In this document: in pieces, positions 23,513-33,672 of the stretch | Position numbering within the stretch: the first letter of the stretch is position 1 | Layout of the letters: each line of letters opens with the position of its first letter | Source of the DNA: a virus | Direction: 5' to 3' (one strand) | IMG/VR virus record: IMGVR_UViG_3300035698_010625 | Location: 41,619-105,618 of that record | DNA: 64,000 bases | Position numbers and translations under genes: made by a program | The notes under the pieces: model-generated | The model's input: the letters and a program-made list of their open reading frames with translations, nothing else | Databases searched by the model: none | What the model was told of the DNA's origin: nothing

Positions 23513-24058
23513 ATGCACAACACAGAACCTTTTAAACCGATTGTTCGGTTGAAAAATAAGCACAATCAAGTAGTGTTTGAGTATAAAGATAAACACGAAG
23601 CAGCACTCTATATTGGTAGGGATATTAATCGCCATAAATGGATTAATGCTGTTGGAACTGAATTCCCAGTAATTTCCTGGGAAGATGAATTCAGAGAACT
23701 GTACAGTTCTCTATCTAAGAGACCTTATTACTATTACCGTCACAATGAAATTGAATATGTTTTACATGATGAGCACAACAATGTCATTGACCCAGAAAAA
23801 ATCTGGAATCTTGGTGTACGTGCTATAGCACGTACACAGCCCCGTAAGCGTGGTTGCGCTTACGGGTACAAAGCTCCAGTAACAACGCAAGAGAAGAGAC
23901 AATGGTACGCTGCATTTGACCAAGACTCAGACGTCCCTATCAAAATGCGAGTTAAGCGTTCCCCGATGAACATAGCGGATCTATGGGACGACCGCGGTTA
24001 CGAGACAGGTGGATCATGGAAGAATTGGCGGAAGACGCAGTACCGTGTAAAGACATGA
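23513..24058 (+). CDS. Conserved phage hypothetical protein
   Basis: TTQEKR...DLWDD...SWKNWRKTQY motif; TTGACT/TATAGT promoter upstream. Confidence 0.7.
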   Translation: MHNTEPFKPIVRLKNKHNQVVFEYKDKHEAALYIGRDINRHKWINAVGTEFPVISWEDEFRELYSSLSKRPYYYYRHNEIEYVLHDEHNNVIDPEKIWNLGVRAIARTQPRKRGCAYGYKAPVTTQEKRQWYAAFDQDSDVPIKMRVKRSPMNIADLWDDRGYETGGSWKNWRKTQYRVKT

Positions 24059-24360
24059 GTCGGGCACTACGCCGACACCACGCCCGGCGTATGTATGCTC
24101 GTACTGAATCTATTATGAATATGTGGGATTGGTTTCCTATGGATGGAAAAGATCCAATTACTAAAGAACAGCGTCACATGAGAATTAGTCAACTTCGAGA
24201 TAATTTCTCGGCGTGTTCATGTGATAGCTGTTGTAATGTTCGGAGAAATCCTTGGCATGGAGATAAAGCGAAAATGACTATGCAAGAATTGAAAACCACA
24301 ACTGTCGATGAAGAAATGTTAATGCATTTTGCAGAAGAAAGAACCAATAACTCCAGATGA
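24055..24360 (+). CDS. Hypothetical protein with Cys cluster
   Basis: RALRRHH...CSCDSCCNVRR...TMQEL. Confidence 0.65.
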   Translation: MSRALRRHHARRMYARTESIMNMWDWFPMDGKDPITKEQRHMRISQLRDNFSACSCDSCCNVRRNPWHGDKAKMTMQELKTTTVDEEMLMHFAEERTNNSR

Positions 24361-24408
24361 ACAAAAAGAATTGGAAGCTATTCGAGAAAGGAAATATAAT
24401 GAAAGAAA

Positions 24409-25355
24409 TTGATAATTGACTTTTGGATGCTTGCTGGTTTTTTACTAGCTGCATATTCTGTTATTGCTAATGACAGTGCTCAGACACTCGGTACTTGGAT
24501 CGCATCTAACTCAAATGTTAAATGGCAGTATCTTTGGTTAGCTGCTTCGAGTGTTTTGGTATTCACATTAGGTTATGGCTGGTTGTTAAACGGGGAGACA
24601 TCAGCTTTGGAAGGCTAGCGCTTATACCATTTATAGAAGTCCAGTGGTATCACGTTTTAGCACCATTAATTTTAGCAGTACTTACTCGTTACGGTATACC
24701 TGTCTCCACCTCTTTTATAGTACTTAGTGCTTTCGCGTCAACTTTCATATTAGAACAAATGTTGATTAAGTCCATTATAGGATATGGCATTGCAGCGATA
24801 GGTGGTTACTCACTATGGATTATATTAGCTAGGCATTTGAATGAAAAGATTCCCGTAAAGCCCGGCCGAGAAACTATGTGGAAAGTGCTTCAATGGCTAA
24901 GCACTGGATTTCTTTGGTTCACATGGTTAAGTCATGATATTGCAAACATTGCAGTGTTCTTACCCAGAGTACTACCACTAGAAGGTCTTTTGCTAGTGAT
25001 GTTAGTATTTGTCATTGGATTAGCGTATCTCTTTTGGACGCGTGGTGGGAAAATCCAAGACATCATAATGGAGAAAAATCAAAGTATTAGGTATACACGA
25101 TCAGCTACTATAATTGATATTGTGTACGCAGTAATCTTATTAGTCTTCAAATCGTATAGTAACATACCAATGTCTACTACTTGGGTGTTTCTAGGGCTAC
25201 TAGCAGGTCGAGAACTAGCTATAGCAACTGTCATGAAGAATGATAAGATTAAAAATGTCTGGCCTCTAGTAGGTAAAGATTTCCTAAGGATGTCAGTAGG
25301 TTTGATCGTTTCAGTAGTAGCGATCCTTTTGATACATCACTTTACTATAGGATAA
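24409..25355 (+). CDS. PiT/PHO4-like phosphate or sulfate permease, frameshifted at GGGG 24592-24595
   Basis: ANDSAQTLGT and HDIAN repeat motifs, PVST and PMSTT motifs, many TM helices; two ORFs join to GYGWLLNGGDISFGRL. Confidence 0.7.
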
Positions 25356-25411
25356 TATAATGAAACTTACACCATGCGAATCAGTTACTACCATCCCAAA
25401 TAGTCCACACT

Positions 25412-25963
25412 TTGCTGTCACTGTATCAGGAGCAGATGCTCATGCAATCCCTGAGAATTGATTTACGTGGATTAAGTTTAAGCTCTTCTTGTGTATCATT
25501 TAGACCTAAGGGAACTTATGAACACCCTGCTAAATATGGAAATTACTGTGATGCGTACACACAAGTAGGTAAGTTTCGCCAAGGTCTTCGAATGGCGAAT
25601 ATGTGGTTTGAAAACATTAAACTATTACAGAACAATGGATTTACTGGGATAGATGGTTACTATTGGCAACATGAAGATGCAGCTTGGTTTGTATTAAAAG
25701 ATGAAACAGTTGATGTAAAATTTACAAATCCAAATTTATGCTTTACAGGATATCTATCACCACCGTCATTTATGGTAAGAGAAATGTATGAAATAAGTGG
25801 TGGCAATCCAGAAGAATTGGTGAAGTATACAGACCCAGAAAAATATTATGAAAAACGTGGAATGAAATATAAAAATGGCATAGTATGGACCACAGCTGGT
25901 CTTGCATTTGCCGAACAACAAATTGCAGCTCGAAAAGCTAGATTAAAAGGAACAAAAGTATGA
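25412..25963 (+). CDS. Hypothetical protein
   Basis: ORF; start uncertain. Confidence 0.55.
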   Translation: MLSLYQEQMLMQSLRIDLRGLSLSSSCVSFRPKGTYEHPAKYGNYCDAYTQVGKFRQGLRMANMWFENIKLLQNNGFTGIDGYYWQHEDAAWFVLKDETVDVKFTNPNLCFTGYLSPPSFMVREMYEISGGNPEELVKYTDPEKYYEKRGMKYKNGIVWTTAGLAFAEQQIAARKARLKGTKV

Positions 25964-26172
25964 CAAAGAATACATCAAGAGATATCCAAGAAGCATATGA
26001 CAAAGGGTTTGACTTAGGGAAGTCAGCATTGATTTTGAGTGAGGGCGCTGCTAATCATAAGGACCACAATCCATATGATGTAGGAGTCCAACGAGATCTT
26101 TGGATGTCCTTCTCCAAAGGTTTTAATCAATCTCTTCTCAACGAGTCTGGACCACAGCTTTTGAACGGTTGA

Positions 26173-26180
26173 TATAAATA
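26173..26180 (+). promoter_or_regulatory. T4-type late promoter
   Basis: TATAAATA. Confidence 0.6.
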
Positions 26181-26222
26181 CAGATGAGGATCAATGCATC
26201 TTCATCAAGGCTAAGTTTTGAT

Positions 26223-26246
26223 GGGGTGCTTCGGCGCCCCTTTTTA
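26223..26246 (+). terminator. UUCG terminator hairpin
   Basis: GGGGTGC-TTCG-GCGCCCC-TTTTT. Confidence 0.8.
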
Positions 26247-26293
26247 GTCTTGAGCTTTTGTTATGATATCCCCTTAAACAAGGAAATCAATAA

Positions 26294-27025
26294 ATGCTCA
26301 ACCGAAATATGTTAGATAACAATTATGAACCATCGAGTAGAAAAAGTAAAAAGTCGTCTAAGCGGCTCAAAGGCCCACAAAATTTGAACTTATCTAAAGT
26401 AATGCCTCTCACTAAAAACCAGACTCGCTTCTTTGACAATTATAAGCGACACGATATTATGGTCCTTCATGGATTTGCTGGAACTGGTAAAACATACATT
26501 GCACTGTATAACGCTTTGTACGATGTTGTGAATGGTGATTATGACGGAGTAGTAATCTGTCGCTCTTCTGTACCTTCTAGGGATGTAGGATTCTTACCTG
26601 GAAACGAGCAAGAGAAGATGAAAGTATATGAAGCGCCTTATCAAGCGATGGTCAATATGTTATTCAACAGAGGAGATGCTTACGAGTGTCTAAAAGCTAA
26701 GAAACATGTGGAGTTCATGTCTACATCATTCGTTCGAGGTATAACAATCGACAACAAGATTATCATCGTCGACGAAATGCAAAACCTTAGCTTTGAAGAA
26801 TTGGATTCGATAATCACCAGAGTTGGAAAAAACTCAAAGATAATTTTCTGTGGAGATTATAGTCAAACGGATCTTAAGAAAAGAGAGCAAGATGGTCTAG
26901 ATAAGTTTTTAGATATTCTGGAACTGATAGAAGAAGTTGGTATGATTGAATTTGAAATCAGTGACATTGTAAGATCTGGTCTTGTTAAAAAGTACCTTAT
27001 AGCAAAGGAACAACTTAATGATTGA
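26294..27025 (+). CDS. phoH: PhoH-like ATPase
   Basis: GFAGTGKT, GFLPG, FVRGIT, IVDEMQN, ITRVG, GDYSQTD, DIVRSGLV. Confidence 0.96.
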   Translation: MLNRNMLDNNYEPSSRKSKKSSKRLKGPQNLNLSKVMPLTKNQTRFFDNYKRHDIMVLHGFAGTGKTYIALYNALYDVVNGDYDGVVICRSSVPSRDVGFLPGNEQEKMKVYEAPYQAMVNMLFNRGDAYECLKAKKHVEFMSTSFVRGITIDNKIIIVDEMQNLSFEELDSIITRVGKNSKIIFCGDYSQTDLKKREQDGLDKFLDILELIEEVGMIEFEISDIVRSGLVKKYLIAKEQLND

Positions 27026-27176
27026 TAAAGGGCAAGATTATTATATCATCTTTGTCTAGAGTGTAAAGGTATAATACTGCCGGAGCAAGAATTAACAACC
27101 GTTTTCTCCGGCAGTATTTACCGTTCCAATATCCACCTGAGCTTGATATAATATAGCATTGGATAGGAGGATTTAC

Positions 27177-29675
27177 ATGAAGAAATTTTACACCTCTGTC
27201 GAGCGTGTCGGCAATCAGATTTATTTAGTAGAATATGTTAACGGTGAACGTGTTACCAGAAAGGTACCATTTCAGCCTATAGTTTTTGTACCTGCACGTA
27301 AAGAGACTGGGTGGACTACGTTAAAAGGTCAGCACATGGAGCCTGTTAGACAAGACTCTATGAAAGGCGCTAAAATGTTCGTTGAAGAGTTTAGCGCAAG
27401 TAATTATGAGATTCTTTACAATCGCGATATGGTCGCACAATTTATCTCAGAAGAATATCCCCGCGGATGTCTCGATTCTTATGACATCTCTGTACTCAAC
27501 ATTGTTTATGTCGATATTGAAGTAGTATTTGGTAAAGGTGGTTTGGACACTATCAACACTCCACAGCCTTTGACTGCTATCACAGTTAAATCCAGTAAAG
27601 ATGATGTCTTTTACTCTTGGGGCTTACGCCCATATAATCCTGCTGATAACGTAATTTATAAGCAGTGTGAAGATGAGAAAGAATTGTTACTTCGCTTTTT
27701 AGCTTGGTGGGCAAGTAATCCACCAGATATTGTAAGTGGCTGGAATGTGAAGAATTATGATATGCCGTACATTATCAATCGTGCTATCAGATTGCTTGGT
27801 GAAGATGCTGTTAAGAAACTGTCTATCTTTGGATTCAAGCCTTCTCTTCGTACTAACGATATGGGTAACATTCATTACGATATTCTTGGTTTAACAATTC
27901 TAGATTGGATGGAAATTTTCAAGAAATTCGGTTACACATACGGCCCACAAGAAAATAACAAACTGGACACAATTGCTTTTACTATTCTTGGGCAAAAGAA
28001 ACTCGATTATTCTGAGTTCGCAAGTTTAAACGAACTGTATGAGAAAGATCATCAAAAATATATGGAGTATAATGTTCGAGATACTGGTCTTGTTGAAGAC
28101 ATGGAAGAGAAAGCTGGATTAATCGGTACTGCTCTTACGTTGGCATATAAGGCAAATTGTGCATATGAGTGTACATTTGGTACTACGAAAATCTGGGATA
28201 CGTTTATCTATAACGAACTCCTGAAACGTGGTATTGTTGTTCCAAATTCTGCTAATCATCCTTTCAGAACTATTGAGGGTGGATACGTTAAAGCAGTACA
28301 AGTTGGGATGTGGATGTGGTGCATGTCGTTCGATTTGAACTCTTTGTATCCTCACCTTATTATGCAATACAATATGTCTCCCGAAACTGTCGGTGATATG
28401 ATGCCCGCAATTGATGTTGATAGATTGATGTCTGGAGCAATTTCAAATCTCGATATTCCTGAAGGTTTCTGTATGGCAGCAAATGGGCAGCTGTTTGACA
28501 TTACTAAGAAAGGTATTTTTCCAGAAATTGTTGAAACACTCTATGCCGAACGATCTGCTATTAAGAAAAGAGCATTGGGTGCTAAACAGTTAAAAGAAGA
28601 TAATCCAAAAGATGCTGCTATTCTAGATAAGCAAATTGCTCACTATGACAATGAACAGATGGCTATTAAGATTCTGATGAATTCACTGTATGGTGCTATG
28701 GCATCTAAGTACTTCAGATACTTTAATGCTAATGTAGCAGAAGCAATTACTCTTTCTGGACAGTTAAGTGTTCGTTGGGCAGAACGTGTAGTAAATGATA
28801 AGCTTAATTCAATTGTTGGTGGAAATGAAGAAGATTATATTCTTGCAATTGATACAGATAGTTTGTACGTTCATTGCGATAGTATACTTGCTAAAATCCC
28901 AACTGCAATAGACACTGAGAGCAGGACTAAGACACTTGATTCTATTGCTAGGAAAATCGTTGAACCAGCACTGAATAATGAGTACATGCGCCTTCAACGT
29001 TTGCTTAAATGCCGTGAACAGAAGATGGTAATGGAACGTGAAATTATTGCTTCTAAAATGGTATTCACCGGGAAGAAGAAATATCTAGCTCATGTACTCA
29101 ACAGTGAAGGAGTACAATACGCTAAACCAAAACTAAAAGTTGTAGGAATAGAATCTGTTCGTTCATCTACTCCTCAGTTTTGTAGATCATTGATTGAAGA
29201 AACAATTGAACTTATCATGAACACCGATGAAAAGACAGTACAAGCTTTCATTGCAGATCATCGACAAGAATTCATGGACTTGCCACCAGAAGATGTATCT
29301 TTTCCACGAGGGATTCATGGACTACGTAAATATTCTGGTGATATTGCTGGTGAGTTGTATAAGAAAGGAACTCCAATTCACGTTCGTGGAAGCATCCTAT
29401 ATAATACGTTACTTAGGCAAATGGACCTTGGTAGCAAATACGAGTCTATTGTCGAGGATGACAAAGTAAGATTCTGTTACTTAAAAATGCCGAATATTCT
29501 GGGTGAAAATGTAATCGCGTATCCGGTTGTGTTGCCCACAGAATTCGGCTTACATACATACGTAGACTATACATTACAATACGATAAAACATACGTTGAT
29601 CCGATGCGGTCTATTTTAGAAGCAATTGGTTGGTCGGTAGAAAAACGTTCAACACTCGAGGATTTTTTCAATTGA
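27177..29675 (+). CDS. gp43: Family B DNA polymerase (T4 gp43-like)
   Basis: Exo DIE, GWN..YD, YN..D; pol DLNSLYP, KILMNSLYG, DTDS, KKKY; C-terminal clamp peptide TLEDFF. Confidence 0.98.
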   Translation: MKKFYTSVERVGNQIYLVEYVNGERVTRKVPFQPIVFVPARKETGWTTLKGQHMEPVRQDSMKGAKMFVEEFSASNYEILYNRDMVAQFISEEYPRGCLDSYDISVLNIVYVDIEVVFGKGGLDTINTPQPLTAITVKSSKDDVFYSWGLRPYNPADNVIYKQCEDEKELLLRFLAWWASNPPDIVSGWNVKNYDMPYIINRAIRLLGEDAVKKLSIFGFKPSLRTNDMGNIHYDILGLTILDWMEIFKKFGYTYGPQENNKLDTIAFTILGQKKLDYSEFASLNELYEKDHQKYMEYNVRDTGLVEDMEEKAGLIGTALTLAYKANCAYECTFGTTKIWDTFIYNELLKRGIVVPNSANHPFRTIEGGYVKAVQVGMWMWCMSFDLNSLYPHLIMQYNMSPETVGDMMPAIDVDRLMSGAISNLDIPEGFCMAANGQLFDITKKGIFPEIVETLYAERSAIKKRALGAKQLKEDNPKDAAILDKQIAHYDNEQMAIKILMNSLYGAMASKYFRYFNANVAEAITLSGQLSVRWAERVVNDKLNSIVGGNEEDYILAIDTDSLYVHCDSILAKIPTAIDTESRTKTLDSIARKIVEPALNNEYMRLQRLLKCREQKMVMEREIIASKMVFTGKKKYLAHVLNSEGVQYAKPKLKVVGIESVRSSTPQFCRSLIEETIELIMNTDEKTVQAFIADHRQEFMDLPPEDVSFPRGIHGLRKYSGDIAGELYKKGTPIHVRGSILYNTLLRQMDLGSKYESIVEDDKVRFCYLKMPNILGENVIAYPVVLPTEFGLHTYVDYTLQYDKTYVDPMRSILEAIGWSVEKRSTLEDFFN

Positions 29676-30907
29676 GTAAGAAAGAGAAAGTAGAGAAAAA
29701 GAAAGTATCATTACGTGATAAGATCATTAGTAATAGTACGATTAAATACACATCAGTACTTGAAGATAGTATGCTGTTTAACACTGGAATGGAAGTTCAA
29801 ACTCCAGTACCGATGATTAACATGGCGCTCGGCGGATCAGTTACTGCAGGTCTTATGGCTGGTGTTCTAGTCATTGCAGGTCCGTCTAAACACTTCAAGA
29901 CAGGTTTTACCCTATTGATGGCAAGATCATTCATCAAGAAGTGGGGCGATGATGCAGTCATTCTTTTTTATGATTCAGAATTTGGTAGTCCGAAGAGTTA
30001 CTTTTCTTCATTTGGTATCCCAACTAGTCAAGTAGTCCACTCACCAATTGTTAATATTGAAGTATTGAAATTCGACATCATGCAGCAATTGGAGAATTTC
30101 GAACGCGATGATAAGGTTCTCATCATGATCGATTCGATTGGTAACTTGGCATCTAAGAAAGAAGTAGATGACGCAATTGCTGGTAGTTCTAAAGCAGATA
30201 TGTCTCGAGCAAAACAGCTTAAATCTTTCTTCAGAATTATCACGCCTTACGTTAATCTGCTAGACATTCCACTCGTCGCTATCAATCACATTTATATGGA
30301 AATGGGACTGTTTCCCAAAGCTATCGTAAGTGGTGGTTCTGGTCCTTATCTATCTGCGGATGATATTTGGATCCTTGGTAGAAGGCAGGATAAAGATGGG
30401 CGAGAAGTTATTGGATATGAATTTGTTATCAATATTGAAAAATCTCGAACAGTTAAAGAGAAATCTAAAATTCCAATTGGTATCACATGGGAAGGTGGAA
30501 TCGCTAAATGGTCTGGCTTATTTGAGCTTGCACTAGAACTTGGATTTCTTGTAGCACCTAAGCAAGGATGGTACGCAACAGTAAATCAAGAAACTGGTGA
30601 AATTGCTGAAACACTTCAACGTAAAGCAGATTTTGAGAACAATGGAGATTATTGGAAAGAGTTATTTGCAACAACTAACTTTGCTAAACGACTTAGCGAT
30701 AAGTTTAAGATCTCTGAGGAACAATTACTAGAGCAAGAAACTGCTGGTGAAACTGGTGTTGGTTTCGACGTTCAACAAGAAATAGCAGATACCATTGATG
30801 AACATGTATTGGAAGAAATAACAAAAGAGATTATGGAGAAAGGATATGGAGACACATTGGAACCAGAGATTCTTGCAACTGGCATCAGTGATCGCAACAT
30901 GGAGTAA
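29672..30907 (+). CDS. uvsX: UvsX RecA-like recombinase
   Basis: AGPSKHFKT, FYDSEFG, DSIGNLASKKE, ADMSRAKQLKS. Confidence 0.96.
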   Translation: MSKKEKVEKKKVSLRDKIISNSTIKYTSVLEDSMLFNTGMEVQTPVPMINMALGGSVTAGLMAGVLVIAGPSKHFKTGFTLLMARSFIKKWGDDAVILFYDSEFGSPKSYFSSFGIPTSQVVHSPIVNIEVLKFDIMQQLENFERDDKVLIMIDSIGNLASKKEVDDAIAGSSKADMSRAKQLKSFFRIITPYVNLLDIPLVAINHIYMEMGLFPKAIVSGGSGPYLSADDIWILGRRQDKDGREVIGYEFVINIEKSRTVKEKSKIPIGITWEGGIAKWSGLFELALELGFLVAPKQGWYATVNQETGEIAETLQRKADFENNGDYWKELFATTNFAKRLSDKFKISEEQLLEQETAGETGVGFDVQQEIADTIDEHVLEEITKEIMEKGYGDTLEPEILATGISDRNME

Positions 30908-31298
30908 AGATCCGCGTAGAAAAATTGGTGCAGTAGTAGTGGATCCGGCAACACGCCGGATTCTTTCAACTGGATATAATGGATTTCCAGCTGGTATCAA
31001 TGATGACGATGAAGAACGATATAAGACAAGTGAAATTAAAGCACAATTTGTTGTTCATGCAGAAGCAAATGCTATATACAATGCCACCCTTAATGGTATA
31101 AGTTTAGCAGGTGGACATATTTTCATCTATGGTCTTCCAATTTGTGGTGAGTGTGCAAAAGCAATCATTCAAGTAGGTATTAAAGAAGTTTTCATTGAAG
31201 ATTCAAATTTATATGAGGAGGATGCTCGATGGAAACTTTCTTTTGATTTGTCCATGTTGTTATTTAATGAAGCAGGCGTAATATGTCACCGGATTTAA
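30846..31298 (+). CDS. cd: dCMP deaminase
   Basis: SKDP, GYNG, HAEANA, P.CGECAK. Confidence 0.93.
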   Translation: METHWNQRFLQLASVIATWSKDPRRKIGAVVVDPATRRILSTGYNGFPAGINDDDEERYKTSEIKAQFVVHAEANAIYNATLNGISLAGGHIFIYGLPICGECAKAIIQVGIKEVFIEDSNLYEEDARWKLSFDLSMLLFNEAGVICHRI

Positions 31299-31624
31299 CT
31301 GAAAAGGATTATGTTATCCTTCCAGATAATGAAATAATTGAGGGTGTAAATGCTCGTATCATGCTTGTGCGAGCACCATGGGAAAGCATAATTTTCAGAT
31401 ACACATACGTCAAATTTAACTGGGATGAAGCTAATGATCAAATCAGCGTTAAGTTTAATGTTGAGATTATTGAACCACTCTCTGTCAAAGCAAATATAGA
31501 TAAAAATGGAATTCCAGATGGACTGCAAGAATACATGGGAGATCTAATCATGTTTTTCTATGCCAAAAATTTAGAGGGTGAGAATGAGAATCGAACAGAC
31601 GGTACTGTACAACCTACTACATAA
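31283..31624 (+). CDS. gp40-like head vertex chaperone (positional)
   Basis: Small ORF between uvsX and gp41 as in T4. Confidence 0.5.
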   Translation: MSPDLTEKDYVILPDNEIIEGVNARIMLVRAPWESIIFRYTYVKFNWDEANDQISVKFNVEIIEPLSVKANIDKNGIPDGLQEYMGDLIMFFYAKNLEGENENRTDGTVQPTT

Positions 31625-33011
31625 TGAAGAATATTATCGCCGCGTACTACCTTTTCTAGAACCAGATTACTTCAGTGATAGTTCTGAAAAATACATCCTG
31701 AAGAAAATTTTTGATTTTGAAGATAAGTACGCTAAACAGCCAAGTAAAGAAGTAATTGCTGTTGAATTAGAAACAGATGAGAATGTACCAGAAGGTCTTT
31801 ACGTTGAAGTACGTGATCGCTTGGATGATTTCAAAATAGAAGAAAGAAACATTGATTGGTTAATCGATCAAACAGAAAAGTTCTGCCAAGATCGTGCAAT
31901 TTACAATGCAATCATGGCTTCTATTCAAATCATTGACGGTAAAGTAGCAGACAGTAGTCGCGGTGCTATACCAGAGATTTTGAGTGAAGCATTAAGTGTA
32001 AGCTTCAATGATGCTATTGGTCATGATTTCTTTGATAATGCTGAAGATCGATATGACTTATATCAAACTAAGGAAAACAAACTTCCATTCGATCTTGATG
32101 TCTGGAATGAAATCACGGGCAATGGTGTAGAAGATAAAACGTTAAATGTACTTATGGCAGGTACAGGTGTTGGTAAAACATTGACCATGGTACATATGGC
32201 CGCTGGTCATTTAACTATGGGAAACAACGTTCTATATATTACATGTGAAATGGCAGAAGAGAGGATTGCTAAACGAATTGATTCTAATCTCCTTAATTTG
32301 AAGGATGAAGACATCGATCGTATGAGTAAGGATATGTTCATTGGGCGAGTTGGAAAGATTAGGGAGAAAACTAATGGTAAACTAATCATTAAGGAATACC
32401 CGCCAACAACAGCGTCATGTGGTAATATTCGAGCACTTCTTAAGGAACTATCGTTAAAGAAGAATTTTGTACCAGATGTCATTTATCTTGATTACTTGAA
32501 TCTCTTAGCATCATTTAGAATTCGTATGGGAAAAGCATCGAGTACATATGAGTATGTTAAAGCAGTAGCAGAAGAAGTACGTGGACTAGCTGTTGAGAAT
32601 GTGGTGCCTATCATTACTGCTACTCAGTTAAATCGTTCAGGTTACACCAACAGCGATCCAGGATTAGAAGATACTTCAGAATCCTTTGGTTTGCCTGCTA
32701 CAGCTGACTTTATGATTGTTGGTATTACAAGTGAAGAGCTTGAGGATCTTGAGCAAATCATGTGGAAGCAATTGAAGAATCGTTACAAGCCTATTGAGAA
32801 AGACAATCGTCGCTTTATGACTGGTGTAAATCGCGATAAGGCTCAGTTATATGATGTTGAGCAATCATACATCACCGACCAACAAGAAGAAAAGAGTAAA
32901 GGTAAGAAGAAAGACCAAGAAGAAGATATTCCGCTATTTGATAAATCAGATTTTGGTAGAAGAACTGGCGGAGGTCGTCCAGATTTAAGTAATTTGAATT
33001 TAGGAGAATAA
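31584..33011 (+). CDS. gp41: DnaB-like replicative helicase (T4 gp41)
   Basis: AGTGVGKT, CEMAEERI, IIKEYP, DYLN, TATQLNRSG, ESFGLPATAD, QLKNRY. Confidence 0.97.
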   Translation: MRIEQTVLYNLLHNEEYYRRVLPFLEPDYFSDSSEKYILKKIFDFEDKYAKQPSKEVIAVELETDENVPEGLYVEVRDRLDDFKIEERNIDWLIDQTEKFCQDRAIYNAIMASIQIIDGKVADSSRGAIPEILSEALSVSFNDAIGHDFFDNAEDRYDLYQTKENKLPFDLDVWNEITGNGVEDKTLNVLMAGTGVGKTLTMVHMAAGHLTMGNNVLYITCEMAEERIAKRIDSNLLNLKDEDIDRMSKDMFIGRVGKIREKTNGKLIIKEYPPTTASCGNIRALLKELSLKKNFVPDVIYLDYLNLLASFRIRMGKASSTYEYVKAVAEEVRGLAVENVVPIITATQLNRSGYTNSDPGLEDTSESFGLPATADFMIVGITSEELEDLEQIMWKQLKNRYKPIEKDNRRFMTGVNRDKAQLYDVEQSYITDQQEEKSKGKKKDQEEDIPLFDKSDFGRRTGGGRPDLSNLNLGE

Positions 33012-33214
33012 TAAATGATGTTTACACTAGGACACATTACAGATTTGGTAGAACTTATCGAATCTCATGCAGAAGCTGGAAGAATTCCACCAGAAGAAAT
33101 GGAGCGTTGGGGTAAAATTTACAATGCTGCATCTACATTCATTATCGTATCTGCACAGGAATCGGCATTACAACGAGCGGGGACAACTGCTTCTACAAAA
33201 GCAGATCCCGAATA

Positions 33215-33652
33215 ATGCAGTTAAATATTAAAGGAGGCACTAAACGACAGAAAAAATTAGCAGCTGAAACAGTACTATGGGCAGGCGGGTATCTCATGTC
33301 AACTCGCTTATTGGGTAATTTACAATGCAGTATTGATATCTGCAAACCCAAAGGCCTATTTGGATCTTGTGTTTGGTCAGAAACTAATCTTCGCCCCAGA
33401 CATTTTGACATTGAAGTTCACAGAGAAATTGATGAGTACACTTTTATAGAAACACTTTGCCATGAAATGGTTCACCTTAAACAATTCGCAAAAGGAGAGC
33501 TTCGGGAACTTTACAAGCCAGTTCATAAAGTAATGTGGTTTGATCACGATATGACTGAGTTAAATTATGATGACCAGCCTTGGGAATATGAGGCTAGTTT
33601 ATTAGAAACAGATATGGCACACGGATTTTTGGAGTATAAATATTTGCATTAA
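33215..33652 (+). CDS. Zn metallopeptidase-like protein (SprT-like)
   Basis: TLCHEMVHLKQ...PWEYEA. Confidence 0.85.
   Translation: MQLNIKGGTKRQKKLAAETVLWAGGYLMSTRLLGNLQCSIDICKPKGLFGSCVWSETNLRPRHFDIEVHREIDEYTFIETLCHEMVHLKQFAKGELRELYKPVHKVMWFDHDMTELNYDDQPWEYEASLLETDMAHGFLEYKYLH
33635..33642 (+). promoter_or_regulatory. T4-type late promoter
   Basis: TATAAATA 30 nt before the ORF at 33673. Confidence 0.7.
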
Positions 33653-33672
33653 ACCATCATACAGAGATGTAA

